From NCBI GenBank assembly GCA_021787985.1, contig JAJYLG010000004.1, positions 22,869 to 86,868 on the forward strand: 64,000 nucleotides of DNA, written 5' to 3'. Origin of the DNA: Chloroflexota bacterium (GTDB lineage Bacteria > Chloroflexota > Dehalococcoidia > DSGV01). The notes under the pieces are model-generated. The model made no database searches and was not told the DNA's origin. It saw nothing but the letters and a program-made list of their open reading frames with translations. The translations under genes were made by a program, and so were the position numbers. Shown here one piece after another: positions 18,096 through 27,447 of this stretch (position 1 is its first letter; the number at the start of each line of letters is the position of its first letter).

Positions 18096-20012
18096 ATGGC
18101 CCAGCGATACGCCCGACTTACCCGGCCGCTTGTCCGCGAGGGCGGAGCGCTGCGCACGGCAACCTGGGATGAGGCGCTCGACCGGGCAGCGGCCGGATTC
18201 CGGGACGCCGTCGCGCGAAGCGGCCCGCGGAGCTTCGGCCTGTTTAGCTGCTCGAAGGCCACCAACGAGATCAACTTCATCGCCCAGAAGTTCGCGCGTG
18301 CCGTCATCGGCAGCAACAACATCGATAGCTGCAATCGCACCTGACACGCGCCGAGCGTCGTCGGTCTGGCGACGGTATTCGGCGCGGGCGGCGGCACCAG
18401 CTCCTACCGTGAGGTCGAGGAGACCGACCTGATCGTGCTCTGGGGCTCGAACGCTCGCGAGACCCACCCGATCTTCTTCCACCACGTGCTCCGCGGATTG
18501 CGCAACGGGGCCCGCTTGTACGCGGTGGACCCGCGCCGCACCACCTCCGCACAGTGGGCGCACGCCTGGCTGGGGCTCCAGGTCGGCTCCGACATCGCCC
18601 TGGCCAACGCCATCGGCCGCGAGATCATCGCCGCGGGCCTCGCCAACGAGACGTTCATCGCCCGCGCTACCGCCGGTTTCGACGAGTACCGCCGCTGCGT
18701 CGACCGCTACACCCTCGACTACGCCCAGCGCGAGACGGGCGTGCCGGCGGAGACGATCCGCGAGCTGGCGCACGCCTACGCCCGCGCCGACCGGGCGATG
18801 ATCTGCTGGACGCTGGGCGTGACGGAGCACCACAACGCGGTGGACACCGTGCTGGCGATCATCGACCTGGCGTTGCTGACCGGCCACGTCGGCCGCTACG
18901 GCTCCGGACTCAACCCGTTGCGGGGACAGAACAACGTCCAGGGCGGCGGTGATATGGGCGCGCTGCCCGATCGGCTGCCGGGCTTCCAGCACGTCGAGGA
19001 CGACGCCGCGCGCGCGAAGTTCGAGCGCGCCTGGGGCGTCCGCATCCCGCCGAAGCGGGGCTGGCACCTCACCGGCATGTTCGAGGCGATGGAGCGGGGC
19101 GATCTCACCGCGCTCTACGTCATCGGCGAGAACCCCGCTCAGTCCGAAGCCGACGCCGGCCGGGCCGTGCGGCTCCTGGGCGGTCTCGGGCACCTGGTCG
19201 TGCAGGACATCTTCCTGACGCCCACCGCCGAGCTGGCGCACGTCGTGCTCCCGGCGGCCGCGAGCTGGTGCGAATGCGAGGGCACCGTCACCAGCAGCGA
19301 GCGTCGCGTGCAGCGCGTGCGCAAGGCGCTGGAGCCGCCGGGCGAGGCCCGCGACGACATCACGATCATCCGCGACCTGGCCCGCCGCTTCGGCCACAAC
19401 TGGGGCTCGCCCAGCGCCGAGGACGTCTGGAACGAGCTGCGCAGCCTGAGCCCGATCCACGCCGGCATGAGCTACCGCCGCCTCGAGGCACTGGGCGGGC
19501 TCCAGTGGCCCTGCCACGACGAGACCCACCCTGGTGAGCAGTTCCTCCACGGCCGCCTCTGGGAGGAGCCGCTGCGCGGCCCGCGGACGCCCTTCCACGC
19601 TGTCCTGCACGAGCCGCCCGTGGACCCGGTCGACGACGAGTTCCCGATCCGCCTCACCACCGGCAGGCAGCTCGATTCGTTCAACACCGGCGTCCAGAGC
19701 GGGCTCTACCGCTCGCCGTTGCGCCACGGAGAGACGCTCCAGATCTCGCCGGACGACGGCCGCCGCTACGGCGCCCTCGACGGCGAGCGCGTGCGCGTGC
19801 GCTCACGCCGCGGCGCGGTGGAAGTGTCGGTCCACTACGAAGGCACCCTGCGCCCCGGCCTCGCGTTCATGACGCTTCACTTCCCGGACGAGGTGGCGAC
19901 GAACCTGCTGACGATCGACGCCGCCGACCCGAGGTCCGGCACGGCCGAGTTCAAGGCCACTGCCATCCGCATCGAGAAGATCGCGACGTCGACGGACGGC
20001 GCGGAGGGCTGA
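18096..20012 (+). CDS. fdhA: Formate dehydrogenase catalytic (molybdopterin bis-MGD) subunit, selenocysteine-containing. In-frame TGA at 18342-18344 is read as Sec. The N-terminal Fe-S domains are encoded separately (see 21823..22779)
   Basis: ATG at 18096 with AGGAGG 8 nt upstream. ...FIAQKFARAVIGSNNIDSCNRT-TGA-HAPSVVGL aligns with the E. coli FdhF ...CARV-U-HGPSVAGL. Downstream motif GQNNVQGGGDMGALP contains the conserved Arg. ORFs 18087..18344 and 18435..20012 are the same frame joined through the UGA. Confidence 0.8.
18345..18388 (+). promoter_or_regulatory. SECIS-like recoding hairpin immediately 3' of the UGA codon
   Basis: Outer stem cgcgccga (18347-18354) pairs with tcggcgcg (18379-18386). 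Inner stem cgtcg pairs with cgacg. Apical loop ucGGUCugg contains the GGUC element expected of bacterial SECIS loops. Confidence 0.5.
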
Positions 20013-21826
20013 TGGACATCCACCTGTCGGCAACCGAGGCCAGCCCGATCGAGCGCGCCGCCGTGGACGCGGCACTCGGACCTCGGGACACCCGCCCACC
20101 GCCGCGCGACCGGCTCCTGCCCGCGCTGTGGGCCGTTCAATCACGCGTCGGCCACATCGGCGAGGGCGCGCTCAGCTACATCTGCGAGCGGCTCGACGTC
20201 CCGCCGGCCGAGGCGTACTCCGTCGCCAGCTTCTACGCCCTCTTCTCGCTCGACCCGTCTGCCGGGCAGCCGCTGGTCGCGCACGTCTGCGACGACATCG
20301 CCTGCCGCGCGGCCGGTGCCGAGCAGATCTGCGCCCGGCTCGAGACGGCGCTCGGCCCGCCCGGCACTCCGACCAGCGACGGCCGGGCCACCTGGCGGCG
20401 CGCGTCCTGCCTCGGGCAGTGTGACCGGGCGCCGGCCGCGCTGGTCATGGCCGCCGGTTCGCAGCCTATCGAGCGTGCCCTCGCGCCGGTGGACCCGCCA
20501 GCGCTGCAGACGGCGTTGCGCGACGGCGCGCTTTCCCCCGCGACGGACGCGGAGACAGCCACGCTTCCACGGATCGGCGGCGCCAGCCTGCGATTGCTGC
20601 GCCGCGTCGGCCGGATCGACCCGACCAGCCTGGACGACTATCGCGCCCACGGCGGCTACGAGGCGCTACGACGCGCCGTGCGGCTCGGACCCGACGGCGT
20701 CATCCGCGAGGTCGTCGACGCCAAGCTCGTCGGTCGCGGCGGCGCGGCCTTCCCCACCGGGCGCAAGTGGGAAGCGGTCGCGCACGCGGCCGCGCGACCG
20801 CACTACCTGGTCTGCAACGCCGACGAGTCCGAGCCTGGCATGTTCAAGGACCGCGTGCTCATGGAGCACGACCCGTTCGCCATCATCGAGGCGATGACGA
20901 TCGCCGGCTACGCCACCGGCTGCGAGCAAGGCTACGTCTACGTCCGTGGCGAGTACCCGCTGGCGTTCTCCCGGCTGCGGAACGCGGTCGCGCAGGCGCA
21001 GGCGAAAGGACTGCTGGGCGACGACGTGCTGGGACGGGGTTTCCGCTTCGACATCGAGCCGCGGCGCGGCGCGGGCGCCTACGTCTGCGGCGAGGAGACC
21101 GCGCTGTTCAGCTCGATCGAGGGCTACCGCGGCGAGCCGCGCAACCGGCCGCCGTTCCCCACCCAGTCCGGGCTCTTCGGAAGACCAACGGCGGTCAACA
21201 ACGTCGAGACGCTGGTCAACGTGCTCGAGATCCTGCGCGAGGGTGGGCCGGCGTTCGCGGCCATCGGCACTCGCGACTCCACCGGGACGAAGCTGTTCTG
21301 TGTCTCCGGGCGGGTCGACCGCCCCGGCGTGTACGAGGTGCCGTTCGGCACCACGCTGCGCGCGCTGCTCGACCTGGCGGGCGGGCTGCCCGCGGGGCGG
21401 ACGTTGCGGGCCGTGCTGCTCGGCGGCGCTGCGGGTAGCGTGATCCCGCCGGAGCAGGTCGACATGCCGCTCACGTTCGAGGCCGCCCGGGCGCGCGGCG
21501 TCGCGCTCGGCTCCGGGGCCGTCATCGTCTTCGACGACACGGTCGACCTACGGCGCATCTTGCTGCGCGTCGCGGCCTTCTTCCGCGATGAGTCGTGCGG
21601 CCAGTGCGTGCCGTGCCGTATCGGCACCGTCCGCCAGGAGGAGCTGCTCGAGCGACTGGTCTCCGGTCGCCCGCACAGCTCGGTGCGGGACGAGCTGGCC
21701 CTGCTGGCGGATATCGGCCGGGCGATGCGCGACGCTTCGATCTGCGGTCTCGGCCAGACGGCGAGCACCGCCGTCGAGTCGGCGGTGCGCGAGCTGAAGC
21801 TCTTTGCGGACGGAGGTGACACGTGA
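20012..21826 (+). CDS. fdsGB: NAD-dependent formate dehydrogenase gamma-beta fusion (NuoE-like 2Fe-2S thioredoxin-fold domain fused to NuoF-like FMN/NADH/4Fe-4S domain)
   Basis: N-terminal NuoE-like segment LPALWAVQSRVGHIGEGALSYICERL...HVCDDIACR. NuoF-like GRGGAAFPTGRKWE, YLVCNADESEPG and ESCGQCVPCRIG. Start overlaps the fdhA stop (TGATG). Confidence 0.85.
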   Translation: MDIHLSATEASPIERAAVDAALGPRDTRPPPRDRLLPALWAVQSRVGHIGEGALSYICERLDVPPAEAYSVASFYALFSLDPSAGQPLVAHVCDDIACRAAGAEQICARLETALGPPGTPTSDGRATWRRASCLGQCDRAPAALVMAAGSQPIERALAPVDPPALQTALRDGALSPATDAETATLPRIGGASLRLLRRVGRIDPTSLDDYRAHGGYEALRRAVRLGPDGVIREVVDAKLVGRGGAAFPTGRKWEAVAHAAARPHYLVCNADESEPGMFKDRVLMEHDPFAIIEAMTIAGYATGCEQGYVYVRGEYPLAFSRLRNAVAQAQAKGLLGDDVLGRGFRFDIEPRRGAGAYVCGEETALFSSIEGYRGEPRNRPPFPTQSGLFGRPTAVNNVETLVNVLEILREGGPAFAAIGTRDSTGTKLFCVSGRVDRPGVYEVPFGTTLRALLDLAGGLPAGRTLRAVLLGGAAGSVIPPEQVDMPLTFEAARARGVALGSGAVIVFDDTVDLRRILLRVAAFFRDESCGQCVPCRIGTVRQEELLERLVSGRPHSSVRDELALLADIGRAMRDASICGLGQTASTAVESAVRELKLFADGGDT

Positions 21827-22779
21827 GCGTCGGACCTGCTGCAGCACCCACCGGGCTCGTTGAGCTGACCATCGACGGACAGACGGTGCAGGTGCCGGAG
21901 GGGAGCGCGTTGCTGCAAGCATGCCGCGCGCGCGGGGTAGCCACGCCGACGGTCTGCTACGCGGAGAACCTGACGCCTGTCAACGTGTGCCGCGTGTGCG
22001 TGGTCGAGGTCGAAGGTTCACGAGCGCTCGTCCCCGCCTGCTCGCGCCCCGTGGAGCGTGGAATGGTCGTTCACACGGACTCGGAGCGCGTCCGCCATAG
22101 CCGTCGCATGGTGCTCGAGCTGCTCGCCTCGGCCACCGACCTGTCGCTCGCGCCGGAGGTGGAGGAGCACCTGCGACGCTACGGCGGCCGACCGGAGCGC
22201 TTTGGCCCGGCTGCGCCGCCGACACCCGGCGCGGACCATCGGCACACGCAGGCCGGCCATCACCGTCCCACGGACGGCTCGACCGCGGCGACGGTCACGC
22301 AGCCGACCCTCATCGACAACGAGCTCTACGTGCGCGATTACTCACGCTGCGTCCTCTGCTACAAGTGCGTCGAGGCGTGCGGCGTCGACGCCCAGAACAC
22401 CTTCGCCATCGCCGTAGCCGGGCGCGGCTTCGAGGCGCGCATCTCGACCGAGTTCGGCCTGCCGTTGCCGGACTCCGCCTGCGTCTACTGTGGCAACTGC
22501 ATCGGCGTGTGCCCCACCGGCGCGCTGATGTTCCGCAGCGAACACGAGATGCGCCGAAACGGAACCTGGGACGAGACCCGGCAGCAACGCACCGACACGA
22601 TCTGCCCGTACTGCGGCGTCGGCTGCACGCTCACCCTGCACGTCCAGGACGGCCGCATCGTCAAGGTCAGCTCGCCGCCGGAGCACGACGTCGCCGGCGG
22701 CCACCTGTGCATCAAGGGCCGCTTCGGCTGGGAGTTCGTGCAGGTGCTCGAGGACCCGGCGCCCGCCTCCGACCGTTGA
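21823..22779 (+). CDS. Formate dehydrogenase Fe-S subunit, equivalent to the N-terminal one-third of FdsA/FdhF (2Fe-2S ferredoxin, 4Fe-4S clusters and the Mo-domain-associated 4Fe-4S)
   Basis: GTG start overlaps the fdsGB stop (GTGA). Motifs CRVCVVEVEG, CVLCYKCVEACGV, CVYCGNCIGVCPTGA, and TICPYCGVGCTL...GHLCIKGRFGWEF, which matches the FdhF N-terminus up to the domain boundary. Confidence 0.8.
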   Translation: MSVGPAAAPTGLVELTIDGQTVQVPEGSALLQACRARGVATPTVCYAENLTPVNVCRVCVVEVEGSRALVPACSRPVERGMVVHTDSERVRHSRRMVLELLASATDLSLAPEVEEHLRRYGGRPERFGPAAPPTPGADHRHTQAGHHRPTDGSTAATVTQPTLIDNELYVRDYSRCVLCYKCVEACGVDAQNTFAIAVAGRGFEARISTEFGLPLPDSACVYCGNCIGVCPTGALMFRSEHEMRRNGTWDETRQQRTDTICPYCGVGCTLTLHVQDGRIVKVSSPPEHDVAGGHLCIKGRFGWEFVQVLEDPAPASDR

Positions 22780-22893
22780 GTCGCCGCCGCGAAGACCGCC
22801 CCGTGCGGGGTATACTGCGCGGGGCGCCTCGTCCCGTGACCCCACGGCTCGGACGGTGATACGCGTGCAATCCCCGGCTCCGCGAGACCGCCG

Positions 22894-23394
22894 GTGAACT
22901 GGGTCGACGTGGTCGTCGTCGCCACGTTGCTCTGGTTTACGCTCGACGGCTGGCGCACCGGGATCATCCGCCAGGTGACCACCATTCTGGCGGTCATCCT
23001 GGGGGCGGTTCTCGCCGGCAGGCTCTACGGCCGCCTGGCGGATGACGTGCACATCTTCGTCGGCAGCCGCGTTGCCTCGGACGTGATCGCGTTCCTCGCG
23101 ATCTTCTTCGCCATCATCGGCTTCGGCCAGCTTGCCGCCTGGTACCTGCGCCGTCTGGCCTCGGTGCTGCTCCTCGGCCCCGCGGACAACATCCTGGGCG
23201 CGTTGTTCGGCTTCGCCAAGGGCTTTCTGCTCGTCGAGGCGCTACTGCTGCTGTTCATCACCTTTCAGGTGGGCGGCGTGACGCGCACCATCAACCACGC
23301 GCTGCTCGCGCCGCTCTTCGTGCAGGGCTTCCCCATCCTGCTGCACGTGCTACCGCGCGAGTTCCACCGTGCCGCGGACATGTTCGGCCGTTGA
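22894..23394 (+). CDS. CvpA family membrane protein
   Basis: 166 aa, 4 TM. N-terminal MNWVDVVVVATLLWFTLDGWRTG is typical of colicin V production protein family members. Confidence 0.65.
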   Translation: MNWVDVVVVATLLWFTLDGWRTGIIRQVTTILAVILGAVLAGRLYGRLADDVHIFVGSRVASDVIAFLAIFFAIIGFGQLAAWYLRRLASVLLLGPADNILGALFGFAKGFLLVEALLLLFITFQVGGVTRTINHALLAPLFVQGFPILLHVLPREFHRAADMFGR

Positions 23395-23458
23395 GCCGCA
23401 CGATTCGTTGCCGGCCCGCACACCGCTCTGCTACCGTGAAGCCAGCGAGGCAGGGCTC

Positions 23459-23986
23459 ATGGGGCCATCACCGGTACTCGTCCTGAACCAGAACTACGAG
23501 CCGCTGAACGTGTGTGGCCCGCACCGCGCCTTCGTCCTCCTGGACCGCGGGAAGGCCGAGATCCTCGAGGAGTCTGACCTCGTCTTGCGCAGTCCCTCCT
23601 ACGAGTTCCGGCTCCCCAGCATCATCCGTATGGTCTACCTCATCCGCCGCCCGCGGCCGCAGATGCGGCTGACGCGACGCGACATCTTCCAGCGCGACCG
23701 CTACACCTGCCAGTACTGCGGCCGTCAGGGTCGCGACCTCACCATCGATCACGTGGTCCCGCGGCACCGCGGCGGGAGGCACGCCTGGGAGAACCTGGTT
23801 AGTGCCTGCCGACCGTGCAACCACCGCAAGGCCGGGCGCACACCGAGCGAGGCGCACATGCGCCTGCTGCGCGAACCCCACCGGCCAACGGCCCCCAGCT
23901 ACTATCTTTTCTACGACTACTGCAATCATCGCGAGGGATGGCGTAAGTTCATCCCAGGCTGGGAGGAGATGATCGGGGCGATGTAG
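23459..23986 (+). CDS. HNH endonuclease
   Basis: Start MGPSPVLVLNQNYEP. HNH motif region CQYCGRQGRDLTIDHVVPRHRGGRHAWENLVSACRPCNHRK. Confidence 0.75.
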   Translation: MGPSPVLVLNQNYEPLNVCGPHRAFVLLDRGKAEILEESDLVLRSPSYEFRLPSIIRMVYLIRRPRPQMRLTRRDIFQRDRYTCQYCGRQGRDLTIDHVVPRHRGGRHAWENLVSACRPCNHRKAGRTPSEAHMRLLREPHRPTAPSYYLFYDYCNHREGWRKFIPGWEEMIGAM

Positions 23987-24030
23987 CGCCCCGCGAAACG
24001 CGACAACCGGCCAGAATCGGTGAGGAGGGT

Positions 24031-24855
24031 TTGATGTACGAGGCCGTGCTGGTGCCCCTGGATGGCTCGGAGCTGGCGGAACGCGCCCTGATCTCGGCCG
24101 CGAAGATCGCGCAGGCGGACGGCGCCGCCATCAAGCTGTTCAGCGTCGTGGAAGACACGGAGCACGTCGCGGAGCGGCGCGCCTATCTCGAGGCGAAGGC
24201 CAAGGAGCTCGGCCCTCGGGCGTCGGCCATGGAGCCGGTGGTGGCCAGGGAACCGGCGGGGGCGATCGCGGGCGCGATCACGGACCGTCCCAACGTCCTG
24301 CTTTGCATGTCCACCCACGGCCGCACCCCCGTGAGCCGCGTCTTCCTGGGCAGCGTCGCCGGCGAGGTCGTCCGCACCATCCCCGGCCCTGTGCTCGCCG
24401 TCGGCCCGCACTTCGACTCCGCGCGCTGCACGACGCTCACCGAGATGGTCGTCCCGGTCGATGGCTCCCGCTTTTCGGAGGCCGTGCTGCCGCTGGCCGT
24501 CTCGTGGGCCCAGGCGCTCAGGCTCAGCATGATCCTCGTCAGCGTTCTGCCGCCGTCGAACACCCCCTACATCGGCCAGACGGACGTATTCGAGTCGGCC
24601 TACGTCTCGAACCTGAGCTCCGACCTGCGGCGGCAGGGTGTCAACGTTCAGTGGGAGGTCCTGCACGGCGACCGTCCAGCCGAGGCGATCCTCGACTTCA
24701 TCAGCCGCCGGACATCCGGCTGCCTGCTCGTCATGAGTACGCACGGCCGCAGCGGCCTGGAGCGCGTGGTGATGGGCAGTGTCGCCGGCGCGCTGGTGGC
24801 CCGCGTGCCCTGCCCGATGCTGGTGATCCGGCCGCGCGACCTGACCGAAGGCTGA
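24031..24855 (+). CDS. Universal stress protein, tandem UspA domains
   Basis: Two USP domains: VLVPLDGS...LCMSTHGRT...GSVAGEV and MVVPVDGS...VMSTHGRSGLERVVMGSVAG. Confidence 0.8.
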   Translation: MMYEAVLVPLDGSELAERALISAAKIAQADGAAIKLFSVVEDTEHVAERRAYLEAKAKELGPRASAMEPVVAREPAGAIAGAITDRPNVLLCMSTHGRTPVSRVFLGSVAGEVVRTIPGPVLAVGPHFDSARCTTLTEMVVPVDGSRFSEAVLPLAVSWAQALRLSMILVSVLPPSNTPYIGQTDVFESAYVSNLSSDLRRQGVNVQWEVLHGDRPAEAILDFISRRTSGCLLVMSTHGRSGLERVVMGSVAGALVARVPCPMLVIRPRDLTEG

Positions 24856-24996
24856 GCGGCGCGGGCGCTGTCGAGCGCAACCGGGGGGGCATCGCGGGAG
24901 TAACCCGCCGGGTCGCCCATCCGCGTTCATCGGGGTTCCCGGGCCGGTGCGGAAGGCCGTGCGCGCAACGCCGGGCTACGTTACGGTGGTGGTGAC

Positions 24997-25890
24997 ATGT
25001 CCACCACCGTCACCGTCCGCGTACCCGCCAGCACCGCCAACCTTGGCCCCGGCTTCGACAGCCTCGGCATGGCGCTCGACCTGCACGGCGAGCTGACGCT
25101 CACCGTGCGCGACGAGCCGGCGCTCTTCCCCAGCGAGCGCGGCAAGCGACTGGCGCTGGCGGCGGCGCGCGCCGTCTGGCAGCACGCCGGCCAGCCGGCG
25201 CCCCGCGGCCTGGTGGCCGCGTACTCCGGCGAGATCCCCATCGGCCGTGGGCTGGGCGCCAGCGCCGTGCTGCGCGTCGGTGCGGTCGTCGCGGCCAACG
25301 AGCTGATCGGCCGTCGCTTCGACCGCGAGGAGCTCCTGCTGTTGGCGACGGAGCTGGAAGGCCATGCCGATAACGCCACGCCGGCCATGTTCGGCGGCCT
25401 GCAGGTGGTCGTCTGGTCCGACCGCGGCGTGGAGCACGTCCGGGTGCCCGTCCCGGCCGCGCTGCGCTGCGTCGTGTTCGTCCCCGACCTGGACATGCCG
25501 ACCAGCGAGGCGCGCAAGCTGCTACCGGCGGAGCTGACGCGGCGCGAGTGCGTCTACAACATCGGCCGAACGGCGCTGCTGGTGGCCGCCCTCGCCACCG
25601 GCGACCTGCAGCGCCTGCGCACCGCTACCCAGGACGCTTTGCACCAGCCGGCGCGCACGGCGATCTTCCCCGCCATGCCGGAGCTGTTCGCCGCCGCGCT
25701 CGACGCGGGCGCGTGCGGCGCCTTCCTTTCGGGCGCGGGCAGCGGCGTGATGGCGTTCGTCGACGGTGACGCCCTCGCCGAGCCGGTCGGCCGCGCGATG
25801 TCCGCCGCGGCCACGGCGCATGAGCTCACCGGCCGCACGATCTACACCTGCCCCGGCGAGCGGGGCGCCGAGGTAACCGCGGGACCGTGA
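24997..25890 (+). CDS. thrB: Homoserine kinase
   Basis: GHMP kinase motif VRVPASTANLGPGFDSLGMAL. 297 aa. Confidence 0.85.
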   Translation: MSTTVTVRVPASTANLGPGFDSLGMALDLHGELTLTVRDEPALFPSERGKRLALAAARAVWQHAGQPAPRGLVAAYSGEIPIGRGLGASAVLRVGAVVAANELIGRRFDREELLLLATELEGHADNATPAMFGGLQVVVWSDRGVEHVRVPVPAALRCVVFVPDLDMPTSEARKLLPAELTRRECVYNIGRTALLVAALATGDLQRLRTATQDALHQPARTAIFPAMPELFAAALDAGACGAFLSGAGSGVMAFVDGDALAEPVGRAMSAAATAHELTGRTIYTCPGERGAEVTAGP

Positions 25891-27179
25891 CCAGCCGTGG
25901 CGGGACCATCGTTCAGAAATACGGGGGCACGAGCGTCGGCAGCGCCGAGCGTATCCGACGCGTGGCAGCGCGCATCGCCCGCAACCTCGACTCGCGCCGC
26001 GGGCTCGTCGTGGTCGTCTCGGCCATGGGCGACACGACGGACGACCTGATCGAGCTGGCGTACCAGGTTTGCGACGAGCCGTCGGACCGCGAGATGGACG
26101 TGCTCGTCTCGACCGGCGAGATCATCTCCTCATCGCTGCTGGCGATGGCGCTGCGCCACCTGGACGTGCCCGCCATCAGCCTCAGCGGCCCACAGGCGGG
26201 CATCCGCACGGACACCCGCCACAGCAAGGCGCGGATCACCGCCGTCGAGCCGGAGCGCGTGCTGCGGGAGTTGACCCGCGGCGACGTGGTGGTCGTGGCG
26301 GGGTTCCAGGGCGTCAACCCCGAGATGGACATCACCACCATCGGGCGCGGCGGCAGCGACACCACCGCCGTCGCGCTGGCGGCCGCGCTGCGCGCCGAGC
26401 GCTGCGAGATCTACACGGATGTGGATGGCGTCTACACGACCGACCCGCGCATCGAGCCGCGCGCGCGCAAGCTGACGGACATCACCTACGAGGAGATGCT
26501 GGAGATGGCCAGTCACGGCGCACGCGTGATGCACCCGCGCGCCGTGGAGCTGGGCGAGGTCTACGGCATCCCCATCCTCGTCGCGAGCAGCTTCCGCGAG
26601 GTGCCCGGTACGCTGATCCATGGAGGCTCCACGGTGGAACCGGTCAACAAGGTGCGCGGCATCGCGCACGACTTCGACATCGCCAAGGTGACCGTGCGCG
26701 GCGTGCCGGACCGGCCGGGCATCGCCGCGCGCATTTTCGAGCCGCTGGCCGAGGCCGCCGTCACGGTGGACACGATCGTCCAGAACGCCAGTGTGGACGG
26801 CATCGCGGACCTGACCTTCACCGTCTCGCGCGGCGAGCTGCCGCGCGCGCTGCGCCTGGTGGAACCGCTGGCGCGCGAGCTGGGCGGCGCGGGAATCGTC
26901 ACCAACGATCGGCTGGGCAAGGTCTCGATCGTCGGCACCGGTATGCAGAACACCCCCGGCTACGCCAGCCGCATGTTCCGCACACTCTACGACGCCGGCA
27001 TCAACATCGAGCTGATCACGACGAGTGAGATCCGCATCACCTGCATCATCGCCGAAGACCGGGTCAAAGACGCCGTGCGCGCGCTGCACGAGGCGTTCCA
27101 CCTCGAGACGAGCGGGCCGGACTCGGAGCTCGAGGCGGCGCAGACGCGCCGCGCCCGGGCCGAGCGCGCGCCGGACTGA
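25887..27179 (+). CDS. ask: Aspartate kinase with C-terminal ACT domains
   Basis: VQKYGGTSVGS, VVVVSAMGDTTD, and two ACT domains at the C-terminus. Overlaps the thrB stop by 4 nt. Confidence 0.9.
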   Translation: MTSRGGTIVQKYGGTSVGSAERIRRVAARIARNLDSRRGLVVVVSAMGDTTDDLIELAYQVCDEPSDREMDVLVSTGEIISSSLLAMALRHLDVPAISLSGPQAGIRTDTRHSKARITAVEPERVLRELTRGDVVVVAGFQGVNPEMDITTIGRGGSDTTAVALAAALRAERCEIYTDVDGVYTTDPRIEPRARKLTDITYEEMLEMASHGARVMHPRAVELGEVYGIPILVASSFREVPGTLIHGGSTVEPVNKVRGIAHDFDIAKVTVRGVPDRPGIAARIFEPLAEAAVTVDTIVQNASVDGIADLTFTVSRGELPRALRLVEPLARELGGAGIVTNDRLGKVSIVGTGMQNTPGYASRMFRTLYDAGINIELITTSEIRITCIIAEDRVKDAVRALHEAFHLETSGPDSELEAAQTRRARAERAPD

Positions 27180-27377
27180 CCGCCAGGCCGCGGTCGTCGG
27201 GGAGTGGAGTGCCTTGCCAACGTGATCCCGGCGATCGCTGGCTTGCCAGCATCCGAGGCTGACGCCGGCGGACCGCGCCCGATCGCCTGCCTGCAGCAGG
27301 CAGGCCAAGCGAGTGGATGCGAGCGCGAGCCGGAGTCCAGGGCTGGCAGCAAGTCGCTCGAGGCTGGATTCCTGCCT

Positions 27378-27420
27378 GCGCGGGAATGACGGGGGAGAGC
27401 CGGAATGACCAAGGGTGGGC
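27378..27420. repeat. Copy B of the dispersed GCGGGAATGAC repeat family
   Basis: gcgcgggaatgacgggggagagccggaatgaccaagggtgggc, in the convergent intergenic region between ask and the bPH_2 gene. Confidence 0.5.
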
Positions 27421-27447
27421 GCGTACTGCTACGGCGGCGAGCACGCC

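Noticed and set aside
18009-19727. 572-aa minus-strand ORF
   Set aside because: Antisense of the formate dehydrogenase Mo subunit, which has unambiguous motifs on the plus strand.
18087-20012. Treating 18087..18344 and 18435..20012 as two separate genes, or as a pseudogene
   Set aside because: They share a frame and are bridged by TGA in the exact selenocysteine position of FdhF-type enzymes, with a SECIS-like hairpin. Called as one selenoprotein gene.
26130-27308. 392-aa minus-strand ORF over the aspartate kinase gene (and similar long antisense ORFs at 16564..18063, 29743..31221, 37191..38378, 31749..33308)
   Set aside because: All are antisense shadows of well-supported sense-strand genes, with Arg/Ala/Gly/Asp-dominated low-complexity translations.
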